Part shown: piece after piece, positions 7,988 through 17,302 of the stretch
Layout: each line of letters begins with the position of its first letter
Position numbering within the stretch: the stretch's first letter is position 1
DNA from: Nitrospirales bacterium
Lineage (GTDB): Bacteria; Nitrospirota; Nitrospiria; Nitrospirales; UBA8639
Length of the DNA: 64,000 bases
Reading direction: 5' to 3'
Assembly: GCA_965223315.1 (NCBI GenBank)
Contig: CBDCWD010000004.1
Span: 875,759-939,758 of the forward strand
The notes under the pieces: model-generated
Told to the model about the DNA's origin: nothing
The model's database searches: none
Seen by the model: the letters and a program-made list of their open reading frames with translations, nothing else
Made by a program: the position numbers and the translations under genes

Positions 7988-10309
7988 ATGCTTGCTGATG
8001 TTGTTCTGCCAAGTCGGCGCTTTCAAGTTTTTACCTACCAGGTTCCTCCGCAATTATCGACCTCTATTCACATTGGAAGTCCGGTAACAGTACCGTTAGG
8101 TTCGACGGTCGTCTCCGGCCTAGTTGCCAGTGTCTATCCCTATGAATCCGCAACCTCAGAGTCTCAGCGAGTTCGTTACACATCACTGAAGGCGATCATC
8201 GCCATAGAAACGGAACCGGATCAGGCTTCCCCGGGACGTAACCTATTCAAGCTCGTCGAGAAGATTGCAGACTATTACCTAGTTCCACTTTCCGCCTGTT
8301 TGCGGCTCATTGTTCCTCCCTATTCGGTAAAGATGGTCAAGCGTCTTCAGCTCACGGAAGAGGGACGTGCCGCATTAGAGAAGCCATCGCTTTCAGAAGC
8401 GGGTAGGACAGTCCTTCGTAAATTGGAGCATGCGCCAAATGGGTTGCTCCGGTCCTCTCTGACTCGATCAATTCCCGATGCGGTACCCGTACTGGATTTA
8501 CTGAAAAAGAAAGGGTGGGTCGTCGAGAAGACGGCAAGTTATTCTCATTCTAAAGGACGAAGAATGCCTCGTCCTGCACCTTCGAAATTGACGACTCCAA
8601 GTTTATTCGATTGCCTAGATCAAGGTCATACGTGTGCCGTGGAGACATCGACCACCTCACGGGTCTCTGCGGATGATACATCCACGCTTTGGCCAACCAT
8701 TGCGAATGCCATCAATGGTGGCGGGTTCCAGGAACTCTCTGTGGTGAATACGGAGTCGATTCGACGAACGCTTCTCATGGAAACGATCCAAGCCATTTGC
8801 AAGCAGGGTCGGCAAGCGATGGTCTTGGCGCCTGAAGTACACCAAGCAGAAACCCTGGCGGCTTCTCTGCAGACTATCTGGGCAGACCTAGTCGAAGTTT
8901 ATTATGGACAGCTTTCTTCTCCTGTGCGTTCAGAGCGATGGGAGAGAATTCGTCAAGGAAAGACGCAGATTGTTGTGGGAACACGATCCGCATTGTTTCT
9001 GCCTTTTGCTCATCTTGGGCTGGTCTGGGTTGAGGATGAACAAGATGCGTCGTACAAGGACGAACATCTTCCCTACTATCACGCGCGGGATGTTGCACGG
9101 ATGCGGGGGGAGATTGACGAGGCGCTGGTTGTGTATGGCGCCGCTTGCCCCTCGCTGGAAACCTATAGCCGGTTTTCTCTTCCCCACTCCGACCCGGCAA
9201 AGCCGTTCGATACTCAGGTTCTTCATGAAGGCAAGCCGAAGGTGGAAATGGTCGACCTAAGTTCTTTGCCATTTGGGACAACGCTAGCCCCCGAGCTACT
9301 GCAGAGCGTGAAGCGTACATTGGAAGCGGGACAACAAGTGATTCTGTTGCTAAATCGCAAGGGGTTTTCTCGTGCCTTGATTTGTCAAGACTGCGGGCAG
9401 GCACCTCAATGTTTGCATTGTGGGGTCACCCTTACCCTGTTTCATCGTCCTGTCCGTTTGGTGTGTTCCTATTGTGAAAACAGCCAGGAGGCTCCGGAGA
9501 TTTGTCCGAGCTGTCAGGGAGTAATTTTTCGCTATTCAGGAATGGGGACTCAACGATTAGAAGAGGAGCTTGCCAATCTGCTGCCTTCATATGCAATGGC
9601 ACGTTTGGATCGTGAAAACGTGAAGGCAGTGGAAGAAGTCATCGGAATTTTGCAGCGGTTCAGGCATAAAAAGATTCAAATTCTGATCGGAACGGAATTG
9701 TTGCTTCACCAAGCCATTCCGCCAACAGCTCCGCTCGTGGTTTTCCCTCAAGCGGACCTCGGGTTGCATATCCCGGATTTTCGCTCTTCTGAGCGCACCT
9801 TTCAGATGCTGTCTAAAGCCGTGGCCCTAGCCAGGAATGAACAGCAGCCCGGACACGTGATCCTGCAAACACGAATGCCAGATCATCATGTTCTTCAAGC
9901 GATTTACCACGGTGACTCCCATATTTTTTACGATCAAGAATTGGAGCTGAGGAAAGCATTGGGGTATCCGCCAGTCACCCATGTCATTCTGTTAGTCATC
10001 ACTGGCGCCCAAGAATATCGTGTAAAGGGTGTCGTTGATTTCTTATGTGCGCAGTTGACCGACTGTGGTTTGAAGGGAAGATCGGGTGCGGAAGAGAAAG
10101 GGCTGCTCTCATTACCTGCCGCTCTAGGACCCATGGCCTCCCAAAAAACGGGAAGCACAAAAAAGAACCGGACGTTGTTTCTTATTAAGACTGCAGATTT
10201 GGCAGATACGCAATGTCATCTCCGTCGCATTCGTGATGCGCTGAATGACAAATTTTCTAGGAACGGGGTTGTCTGTGAAATGAATGTGGATCCAGTTGCT
10301 ATTCAGTAA
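7988..10309 (+). CDS. priA: Primosomal protein N' (PriA)-like protein with degenerate helicase motifs
   Basis: N-terminal FTY..P 3'-DNA-binding domain, YHARDVA, LLNRKGF and eight-Cys Zn module (CQDC, CLHC, CSYC, CPSC). Walker A and motif VI are not recognisable. Confidence 0.85.
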   Translation: MLADVVLPSRRFQVFTYQVPPQLSTSIHIGSPVTVPLGSTVVSGLVASVYPYESATSESQRVRYTSLKAIIAIETEPDQASPGRNLFKLVEKIADYYLVPLSACLRLIVPPYSVKMVKRLQLTEEGRAALEKPSLSEAGRTVLRKLEHAPNGLLRSSLTRSIPDAVPVLDLLKKKGWVVEKTASYSHSKGRRMPRPAPSKLTTPSLFDCLDQGHTCAVETSTTSRVSADDTSTLWPTIANAINGGGFQELSVVNTESIRRTLLMETIQAICKQGRQAMVLAPEVHQAETLAASLQTIWADLVEVYYGQLSSPVRSERWERIRQGKTQIVVGTRSALFLPFAHLGLVWVEDEQDASYKDEHLPYYHARDVARMRGEIDEALVVYGAACPSLETYSRFSLPHSDPAKPFDTQVLHEGKPKVEMVDLSSLPFGTTLAPELLQSVKRTLEAGQQVILLLNRKGFSRALICQDCGQAPQCLHCGVTLTLFHRPVRLVCSYCENSQEAPEICPSCQGVIFRYSGMGTQRLEEELANLLPSYAMARLDRENVKAVEEVIGILQRFRHKKIQILIGTELLLHQAIPPTAPLVVFPQADLGLHIPDFRSSERTFQMLSKAVALARNEQQPGHVILQTRMPDHHVLQAIYHGDSHIFYDQELELRKALGYPPVTHVILLVITGAQEYRVKGVVDFLCAQLTDCGLKGRSGAEEKGLLSLPAALGPMASQKTGSTKKNRTLFLIKTADLADTQCHLRRIRDALNDKFSRNGVVCEMNVDPVAIQ

Positions 10310-10337
10310 GCTGCCACTGCCAATGTTCAAAAATTAA

Positions 10338-10775
10338 TTACCGTGATTTCTTTTTGGATTTTTTCTTGGGAGTGTTGCCGGATGATGGTGCAGGGAAGGG
10401 ATGGTGGCTGATGGAGCCGCTGGTGCGTTTATAAATCCCATAGGCAAATGTCATCCAAAACACTCCGGAAAAGAGGCCGAATATTACGGCGTTAAAAATG
10501 CGTTCTAGTTCTTCCATGGGAGGTTCAGGCCCTAACTTTTGTAAATCAGCCATTTGCATCAGTGGCCACGCCATACTTTCCACTCCCAATAATAAAGTGC
10601 ACACCGCCCAGATGTAGCCAATAGACGTGCATTGCCAGGCCAACAGGACTGCCAAACCGATACCAATAGCAATCCCAAGTGGTACGGGTATCGCCCCAAG
10701 TAAGAGCCACAATCCTACCGTGACCGTTAGGCTTCCTAGCACGGCATTAAGTTGAAGCCATAGATTACTGTTCAT
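10338..10775 (-). CDS. Hypothetical membrane protein (about 4 TM)
   Basis: 145-aa ORF with hydrophobic segments and a basic C-terminus. Confidence 0.7.
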   Translation of the reverse strand: MNSNLWLQLNAVLGSLTVTVGLWLLLGAIPVPLGIAIGIGLAVLLAWQCTSIGYIWAVCTLLLGVESMAWPLMQMADLQKLGPEPPMEELERIFNAVIFGLFSGVFWMTFAYGIYKRTSGSISHHPFPAPSSGNTPKKKSKKKSR

Positions 10776-10873
10776 AAGACATATTCTTTATTCTTCGGGT
10801 GTAAAATGCTCACACCATATCACAGCTCTTTTCCCTAGAGCAGCTGAGGAATGAAAATGTGGATATTGAACGA

Positions 10874-11746
10874 TTATCGACCAATGTCGGCTAGGGGTTC
10901 GGAAGAGAGAATATATTTTCCTCGAGGATTATTTGTGAAGGTATTGGCCTGGGGTAGCTTCTCAGGTTCCGGGGTGGGGTGGGAATCTGGTGTCATGACT
11001 ATTCCCCACTGAGCGTTCTGTTCAAAGGTATTGTCCAAAATTAGGGCTTGTGCCTGCGAAAAGAGCAAGACGCCACTTAGCATATTATCGCGGCAAATAT
11101 TTTTGACCACATCTGGGCGAGTATTCTCGTCTCGAGCCGCGATACCAAAGTGGTGATTTCCGAAACAATCATTCTGCCGCAAGTAAGGTTGAGCTCCGGC
11201 AAACGAAAAAATACCAGATTCCCGGTTATGACAAATCTCATTCTCTTGCAATGTTGGACGACAGTCGGGACCATATATGACCACCCCAGATAGAAGCCCC
11301 TCTGTGGCCCGGCATTGAGAAATCGTACATACCGAATCCAAGATATTAATGGCTGAATGTTGATCACTCCCCACATACCGAAAGGTGATGCCGCTGATTT
11401 GCCCGCCTGAAACGCGTTGTAAGTAGCAGGGCCCACTTCGTCGATGATAGATTGTGACTAGGTCACGCCCCTCACCAATTAAATGAATTGGCCGTTCGGT
11501 AATGGTTACCCGATCTTCGTAAATCCCTGGTCTGACGAAAACTTGATCATTTGATTCAGCTTGTTTCAATGCCTCACTAGGAAGAGCAAAACAATTTGAT
11601 TGATTGGGGTCGACGATTAAGGTTCGTCCTTCAAGCGGATTGGAAGGAGGCTCAGTTAAAGAATGTGTTTGACTGCTCAGAAGTTTTACTCCTTTGGCAA
11701 GGGTGACTTGGCTATGCATAGAAACGGTCAATCGGTGTTGTACCAC
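10874..11746 (-). CDS. Right-handed parallel beta-helix repeat protein (pectin-lyase/NosD-like fold)
   Basis: VFVRPGIYE motif and repeated N.I..N..SGI units; no signal peptide; start uncertain. Confidence 0.8.
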   Translation of the reverse strand: MVQHRLTVSMHSQVTLAKGVKLLSSQTHSLTEPPSNPLEGRTLIVDPNQSNCFALPSEALKQAESNDQVFVRPGIYEDRVTITERPIHLIGEGRDLVTIYHRRSGPCYLQRVSGGQISGITFRYVGSDQHSAINILDSVCTISQCRATEGLLSGVVIYGPDCRPTLQENEICHNRESGIFSFAGAQPYLRQNDCFGNHHFGIAARDENTRPDVVKNICRDNMLSGVLLFSQAQALILDNTFEQNAQWGIVMTPDSHPTPEPEKLPQANTFTNNPRGKYILSSEPLADIGR

Positions 11747-11866
11747 ATCTATCGTAGCTTCTCATCCACGAAATGCTGGCGACATAGCACAGAAGAACGG
11801 TGTTAAAGTTGATAGGGGTGAAGAACGTATGGATTGTACGGACGGGAAAAATAGTTCACTAGAAGT

Positions 11867-13360
11867 CTATAAACTTGGGAGCCAAGTAATGAGGCGCCTC
11901 AGAATCTTCAAGGTCGGGTGTTCACGCCAGCACCCTTGTTTCCAAATCATTCGTTGAGACGTTTTCTCCGCCCATTCACGGTCATGAGTTGAGCAATCGT
12001 TTGATACCATGCAACGAAGTTGGTACTCCTGAAATATGGTTACGGCTTTGCAGTTGTTTAGCTGACTAACTGCCCATCCGTAATGGAGTCGATACCAAGA
12101 TTTGTCCGGTTTCAATTGAACCGCGTTTTTTAAAAATGGCAAAGCTTTTTCAGGGCTATTCAAGTCTGCAAGATAAAGCCTTCCTAAACTTCCTAAGATC
12201 GCATGATCGTAAGAGCCATAGGTTAGAGCTTGGGTTAAAACCTTTTCTGCTTCAACAAAGCGGTGCTGTTCGCTGAGTCGCCAAGCGTAGCGGCGAAGGT
12301 TTCCTGGATCTAGTTCGTCGAGAGCTATCGCTTTGGCTTGCTCTTTCAACGCCTGTTCCGGACGTTGGAGGGCTTCAAATACCCGTGCTCGATAATCATG
12401 GATATCCGCTTCTTGTGGGCGATCTTTAAGGCTGGCGGTGAGTTCATTCAATGATTCTTCAAACTGATCAAGAAAAAACAAGTTTTTCCCTAAATTAAAA
12501 GAATAAATGTAATATCGTCCCTGTTTGAGTGCGTTTTGGAAAAATGGGATTGCTTGTTCACGGTTGCCGCTTCGTCTACGCATTTCTGCGCGGACGTAAT
12601 CAGGAAATCCTAATAAAGGTCGGAGATTGGAATTTTGTGTGAGATAGGGTAGGACGTCTTTTTCAAGGAAAGGGTTTATTTGCGCGAGGCTCTCCTCAAG
12701 TGTTCCACCCCCTCCCCACCAGGGAGTTTGGCTGTATAGATATTTCCATCGTATAGCGAACGAATTAGGATCGGCCTGGAGGCCTTTGAGGGTATATTGG
12801 ATCGTCCCATTTCGATCTCCTAGGGCCATAGCAATATTGGTCAGGAGCGCATATGGGATCCCAGAGTGTTTTTTAAAACTGGAGGCACGCTTAAAATCCT
12901 TCCAGGCGACTGCAAAATTTTCTTTCATGCCCAATACTCGTTCATTTGGGGTTTCTGAGAAAAACGCGTATCCACGGCTTATCCATCCTCTATTCCAGTA
13001 ATAGACACCTCGGGCTAAGGAAGCTGTTCCATTTGTCTTATCTCTGGCCACCCATTCATTGAGTTTTTCTTCGAGATCGGCTGCGGAATTTGCAAACGCG
13101 TAATAGGCGGCTTCAACATGTTCTTCTGGAATTTTCTTAGCCTGATAGAGACGTTCTTGACGCGTGAGAATTTGTTCCAACTTTTGGTAATGGCCTTGGC
13201 GAAGATGACTGATTAGTTCCAGGCGATCCAGAAATTCGGCGTGGATGACTTCAGGAGAGAAGAAGAAGACCAGCAGGCCAAACCACAGGCCTAGGGCTCG
13301 AATCGCGGGTGAAGTGTGAGGAATTGCAGGGACCAAAGAGTGAAGATTGTAAGGTGCCAT
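11867..13360 (-). CDS. DUF4034-like domain plus TPR-repeat exported protein
   Basis: N-terminal hydrophobic helix, AWxxRG and PWWGG motifs, several C-terminal TPRs. Confidence 0.7.
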   Translation of the reverse strand: MAPYNLHSLVPAIPHTSPAIRALGLWFGLLVFFFSPEVIHAEFLDRLELISHLRQGHYQKLEQILTRQERLYQAKKIPEEHVEAAYYAFANSAADLEEKLNEWVARDKTNGTASLARGVYYWNRGWISRGYAFFSETPNERVLGMKENFAVAWKDFKRASSFKKHSGIPYALLTNIAMALGDRNGTIQYTLKGLQADPNSFAIRWKYLYSQTPWWGGGGTLEESLAQINPFLEKDVLPYLTQNSNLRPLLGFPDYVRAEMRRRSGNREQAIPFFQNALKQGRYYIYSFNLGKNLFFLDQFEESLNELTASLKDRPQEADIHDYRARVFEALQRPEQALKEQAKAIALDELDPGNLRRYAWRLSEQHRFVEAEKVLTQALTYGSYDHAILGSLGRLYLADLNSPEKALPFLKNAVQLKPDKSWYRLHYGWAVSQLNNCKAVTIFQEYQLRCMVSNDCSTHDREWAEKTSQRMIWKQGCWREHPTLKILRRLITWLPSL

Positions 13361-13650
13361 GATTGGATCTAAAGAAAGGGAGAACCCTCTCTACTTCTTT
13401 TCGGCAGGAACTGCTATTTGGTGAAGGAGGAAACTTTGAAAACGTCACTTGAAGGAACTTTTTAAAAATGATGAAAATTTAGAAATTCCAGTTGCACGGA
13501 GAGAAGTCATGAAGTCTCATGTAATTCCAGGGATTCAGAGTGCTCGTGAGTATTTTGGTGGGTGGAACGATTGTCATTCAGAGAGTGGCGAATCATGAAG
13601 ATATCAAGGGCCATATTTCGTCAGAAAGCTATTCACTATCAGCAGACATC

Positions 13651-13912
13651 GGGTCTGTTCAAAAAACCTGCCCTGAGCGTGTCGAAGGATCACAATGAAC
13701 CTATCGAAGGATGGTTCGACGGGCTCACCATGATCGTTCTCACTCATCCCGAACCGTATGATTTATCATCCTGAGTCGTTCGACAAGCTCACGATGCACT
13801 CGCAGAACGGCTGAAGGATACATCCTGAGCCTGTCGAAGGGTTTTCGTGCTCCTTACTTCTCACTTTTCACTGGTCTAGAGAACGCCGCTGGCGGCTTTT
13901 TTCAACAGACCC
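13651..13912. mobile_element. MITE-like element with terminal inverted repeats and an internal REP array
   Basis: Starts GGGTCTGTTCAAAAAA and ends TTTTTTCAACAGACCC (15/16 inverted match). The interior has CCTGAGC.TGTCGAAGG / GTTCGAC..GCTCAC units. Confidence 0.75.
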
Positions 13913-14590
13913 TTAGTTATTTTCGAAGGCTTGGTGGGTCGCAAAGACTTCCCCGGGATGGATCAACAACAGGCAATTGCCATCTACGGGATCTTGGTGA
14001 AAGAGCGCAAAGGCCAGGCAGAGCTGAGGAGTTGGTTCCGGGGAAAACTCTAAAAGTAGAGGAACATCGATTAAGGGCGTGGGCTCTTTAAGACTGACCA
14101 GGCGGAGTCGTACCGCAACCAGTGTTTCGCGTACGCGGGTGTGAATGTGTTGTTCGGTAAGATCTGGAGAAGAAGAAATGTATTGCTGCCACAAAGGATT
14201 GGTCAGGCCCACGCAAAAATCCAAGCCAACCGTTTGAGCTAAGGGAGTGACATCTTTAAGAATCCCGGATTGTACCGCCTCTCTTCGTAGCCGGACTGTA
14301 AGCCGTTTCAGGTCGGGCGGGATTTCTTCAGGATTGATCGAATCTGCAGGAGGTATTTCCACCAGATCTCCTGCTTCAGAGGCATTACTCACCTCCTCCG
14401 CAGCGGGCAATGTGGGTAGATGGGTATCCTCAGTCCCTGGAATTGCAGGAGGGTTTTTATCGAGTGCCTGAATGATCCCCGCGTAGACCGATTTGGCAGA
14501 ATCGGTCCAGCTTTCATCTTGTGGTAATCCACGAAAAGCAGCTTCTGAGGCTTTCTTTTCATCATGTGTCAATTGGCGTGGTGATGTCAT
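13913..14590 (-). CDS. Hypothetical two-domain protein (short N-terminal domain, acidic/Pro linker, DUF6573-like C-terminal domain)
   Basis: 225-aa ORF. RREAVQSGILKDVTPLAQTVG resembles the RAQAIxDGxLVDV motif, recalled from memory. Confidence 0.6.
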   Translation of the reverse strand: MTSPRQLTHDEKKASEAAFRGLPQDESWTDSAKSVYAGIIQALDKNPPAIPGTEDTHLPTLPAAEEVSNASEAGDLVEIPPADSINPEEIPPDLKRLTVRLRREAVQSGILKDVTPLAQTVGLDFCVGLTNPLWQQYISSSPDLTEQHIHTRVRETLVAVRLRLVSLKEPTPLIDVPLLLEFSPEPTPQLCLAFALFHQDPVDGNCLLLIHPGEVFATHQAFENN

Positions 14591-14841
14591 AACTACAAGA
14601 TAAGTTAATTTGCTAGAAAGTCAAGTATTTGCGAGGAATGCTCGAGAAGGTGAAGCAATGCAGTAGAACTTAGAGAGCGTGACTAATTTTCATTGTGCGA
14701 AAACGCACCCTGGTGGCAGAGCGAAATCGCTCTACATAGACTGTGAATCATATTCTTAGGCTATGAAAAATCATCGTCATTACTATAATTTTATTATATA
14801 TTTCAATATTTTATGATAAATTATTGCCATGAAGGTATTAT

Positions 14842-14857
14842 TGGAATGTCATTTGCA
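14842..14857 (+). promoter_or_regulatory. Sigma54 promoter candidate
   Basis: TGGAATGTCATTTGCA = GG-N10-GC, preceded by a very AT-rich tract (about 14760-14830). Confidence 0.6.
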
Positions 14858-14903
14858 TTACTTATCTTTCAAGTTTCAATCAATATTCGTCAAGGAGAAT
14901 ACA

Positions 14904-14975
14904 ATGGATCCTATTTTTGATTTAGCCATGATTGTCGTAGTTGGAATCATGGTGGCTTTTAACATCTACGGGTAA
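14904..14975 (+). CDS. Small hydrophobic peptide (23 aa)
   Basis: MDPIFDLAMIVVVGIMVAFNIYG; AAGGAG RBS 6 nt before ATG; directly downstream of the sigma54 motif. Confidence 0.6.
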   Translation: MDPIFDLAMIVVVGIMVAFNIYG

Positions 14976-15322
14976 TACGGTTTCTTCATTTCTCTTTTGA
15001 TCAGCAGAAGAGAATTGAAAAAGTAGTAGTATTCAGCATTTCCACCCCGTATTTTCCTCCCTGTTTTTCCTTTTCTCGCTTCGTTCCTCTGTTCATTTAA
15101 AGTAGTTCTACGTAATTAAAAATTCATAAAATCAAGCTTTTTAAGGGATTTTTTCCAAAATTTCTTGAGGTGGCCTGTTCCGTCCTGGTATACCTTTTTT
15201 CACAGCTCTAATTTTCAGTTTTTTAGAAATTGCCAGTCCTTTTGAGTGTTAATGGAAGTGTTGAATACTACCAAACACCAGAAGCAAATTTGCTGATGAT
15301 CATGTTTGATGCCAAAAGCTTC

Positions 15323-15412
15323 GGGGCGGTTCAAAAAAGTTCATCCAGTCCTGTCCTGAGACATTTCGAAGGGAAGGCGAGAACGCCGCTGGTGGCTTTT
15401 TTCAACAGCCCC
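15323..15412. mobile_element. Short copy (90 bp) of the same MITE-like family
   Basis: Left end GGGGCGGTTCAAAAAAG vs reverse complement of the right end GGGGCTGTTGAAAAAAG. Shares GAGAACGCCGCTGG(C/T)GGCTTTTTTCAACAG with 13880-13908. Confidence 0.7.
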
Positions 15413-15429
15413 TTAATGTCGAAATTATC

Positions 15430-15524
15430 GAGTGCCTGACTCTTACGTTGAAACCAGGGTCGGTATCAATGAAAGCCGGTTTCTGTTTCTGGAATCTATT
15501 CCAGTAACAAGGACCGGTTTTTTT
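15430..15524 (+). promoter_or_regulatory. Structured 5' leader ending in an intrinsic-terminator-like hairpin (attenuator/riboswitch candidate)
   Basis: Arms 15471-15495 and 15498-15522 pair at 23/25 positions on the + strand (4 G-U); T7 run at 15518-15524; 110 bp before the SulP ATG. Confidence 0.55.
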
Positions 15525-15633
15525 GTCCTGATTTGTTGCAATCAACAATGTGTCTCTGTCATGACTCACGCCATCGGTAGGCCGAGATCAATATAGCGGA
15601 CAAACATTCTGACTTACTTCCTCCCGTCTCATC

Positions 15634-17271
15634 ATGCCCCCTAGCGTAAAGGACATTCCTAGAGGCCAGATTTCCGAATTCCCGAAGCATTGGCAACCCG
15701 ATATGATTTCGGGGTTTCTGGTGTTCTTGATCGCTCTTCCGCTGTGCCTAGGCATTTCCCTGGCCTGTGGCTATCCTGCCATAGCGGGCATCTTTACCGC
15801 GATTATCGGTGGAGTATTGGCCACCTTTTTTAGTAATTCAGAGCTCACCATCAAAGGGCCCGCGGCGGGACTCATTGTGATCGCCCTAGGATGTGTCACG
15901 GAATTTGGGTTTACAGGTGGGGAAGACCCTGCTGCTGACCTTCAAGCGTATCGCTTGGCCCTTGGCGTTGGTGTCGCCGCTGGATTGATCCAAATTCTTT
16001 TTGGAATCTGTCGCGCGGGAATTCTGGGAGAGTTTTTCCCGACCTCGGCAGTGCATGGCCTGCTCACGGCTATTGGAGTCATCATTATCGCCAAACAATT
16101 TCCGGTGGCCATGGGGTTGAGCCCAACAGGTACACCGTTGGAACTCTTGGCCAACATTCCACATTTTATTTTGAACATGAATCCCCTGGTTGGCCTCATT
16201 GGCGTGGTGAGTCTTGTCATCATGTTTGGGTATCCGTTTGTCAAGAATCCTCGGCTGAAGGCCATACCCGCGCCGATGCTTGTGCTGTGTATTACGGTTC
16301 CTTTAGCAATGTGGTTTGATATTGGGCAAGAGCAGACGTATGCTTTCCTAGGACAAGACTATCCATTGGGGAAGAATTTTCTGGTCGCGGTTCCAGAGAA
16401 TATGTTTTACGCCCTGACCTTCCCTGACTTTTCCGGTTTGGCGACGAGTATAGGGATAAAGTACGTGATCATGTTTGCGTTGATCGGCAGTATCGAATCC
16501 CTTCTCAGCGCAAAAGCGATTGATGAAATTGATCCATGGAAAAGAAAAACCGATCATGATCGAGATATGTTAGCGGTGGGAGTTGGCAATACACTGGCCT
16601 CATTTGTGGGCGGGCTTCCAATGATCTCGGAAATTGTTCGAAGCAAAGCCAATATTGACAATGGCGCACGCACTCGATTTGCGAATATGTTTCATGGTTT
16701 GTTTTTGCTGGGGTTTGTAGCGCTTGTGCCGGGTCTGATCAACCAAATCCCGCTTGCTGCTCTGGGAGCCATGCTGGTCTTTACGGGATTTCGACTAGCC
16801 TCCCCGCAGGAATTTCTCCATATGTGGCAGGTCGGCCGTGAGCAGTTTGTGATTTTTGTCTCAACGGTCATTGGAGTCTTGTCGACGGATTTGCTGATGG
16901 GTATCGCAATTGGCATTGGTGTGAATTTTCTCGTGCATCTCAAAAACGGAGCGCCTCCGAGGTCACTCTTGAAAACACAAGTGACGGTTGAACCGCAGGA
17001 ACGGGATGGCGTGGTTGTCCGGGTCAGGGATTCGGCGATTTTTAGTACATGGATTGGCCTGAAGAAAACCTTGGAGCCCCTCATGACCGAATCACGTGTG
17101 GTTCTGGATTTATCAGAGACGTTTCTGGTGGATCACACAGTTATGGCCAAACTCCAAGATATGGAAAAGGCTTTTCAGGAGCATGGTTCGACTTTAGTGC
17201 TGACAGGACTAGAACAGCATCAGCGACTCTCCAGTTACCCCACTGCTGCAAGGAAAAAACCTCGAACATGA
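15634..17271 (+). CDS. SulP/SLC26 anion permease with STAS domain (second, divergent copy)
   Basis: DMISGFLVFLIALPLCLGIS, TIKGPAAGL and GGLPMISEIVRS motifs, typical of SulPs linked to carbonic anhydrase or DAB genes. Confidence 0.92.
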   Translation: MPPSVKDIPRGQISEFPKHWQPDMISGFLVFLIALPLCLGISLACGYPAIAGIFTAIIGGVLATFFSNSELTIKGPAAGLIVIALGCVTEFGFTGGEDPAADLQAYRLALGVGVAAGLIQILFGICRAGILGEFFPTSAVHGLLTAIGVIIIAKQFPVAMGLSPTGTPLELLANIPHFILNMNPLVGLIGVVSLVIMFGYPFVKNPRLKAIPAPMLVLCITVPLAMWFDIGQEQTYAFLGQDYPLGKNFLVAVPENMFYALTFPDFSGLATSIGIKYVIMFALIGSIESLLSAKAIDEIDPWKRKTDHDRDMLAVGVGNTLASFVGGLPMISEIVRSKANIDNGARTRFANMFHGLFLLGFVALVPGLINQIPLAALGAMLVFTGFRLASPQEFLHMWQVGREQFVIFVSTVIGVLSTDLLMGIAIGIGVNFLVHLKNGAPPRSLLKTQVTVEPQERDGVVVRVRDSAIFSTWIGLKKTLEPLMTESRVVLDLSETFLVDHTVMAKLQDMEKAFQEHGSTLVLTGLEQHQRLSSYPTAARKKPRT

Positions 17272-17302
17272 ACTACTGAAGAGTTCAAGGGGATCTGAAT
17301 CA

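Noticed and set aside
13509-13598. 29-aa ORF with a GGAGAG RBS-like sequence
   Set aside because: No recognisable features or supporting promoter; chance cannot be excluded.
13562-13774. 70-aa ORF
   Set aside because: Mostly translation of the MITE/REP sequence.
13667-13841. CRISPR array (also 34951-35117)
   Set aside because: Units are degenerate, in both orientations and irregularly spaced, with no unique spacers or cas genes; these are REP-like.
15230-15439. 69-aa ORF
   Set aside because: TTG start, no RBS, runs through the short MITE copy.
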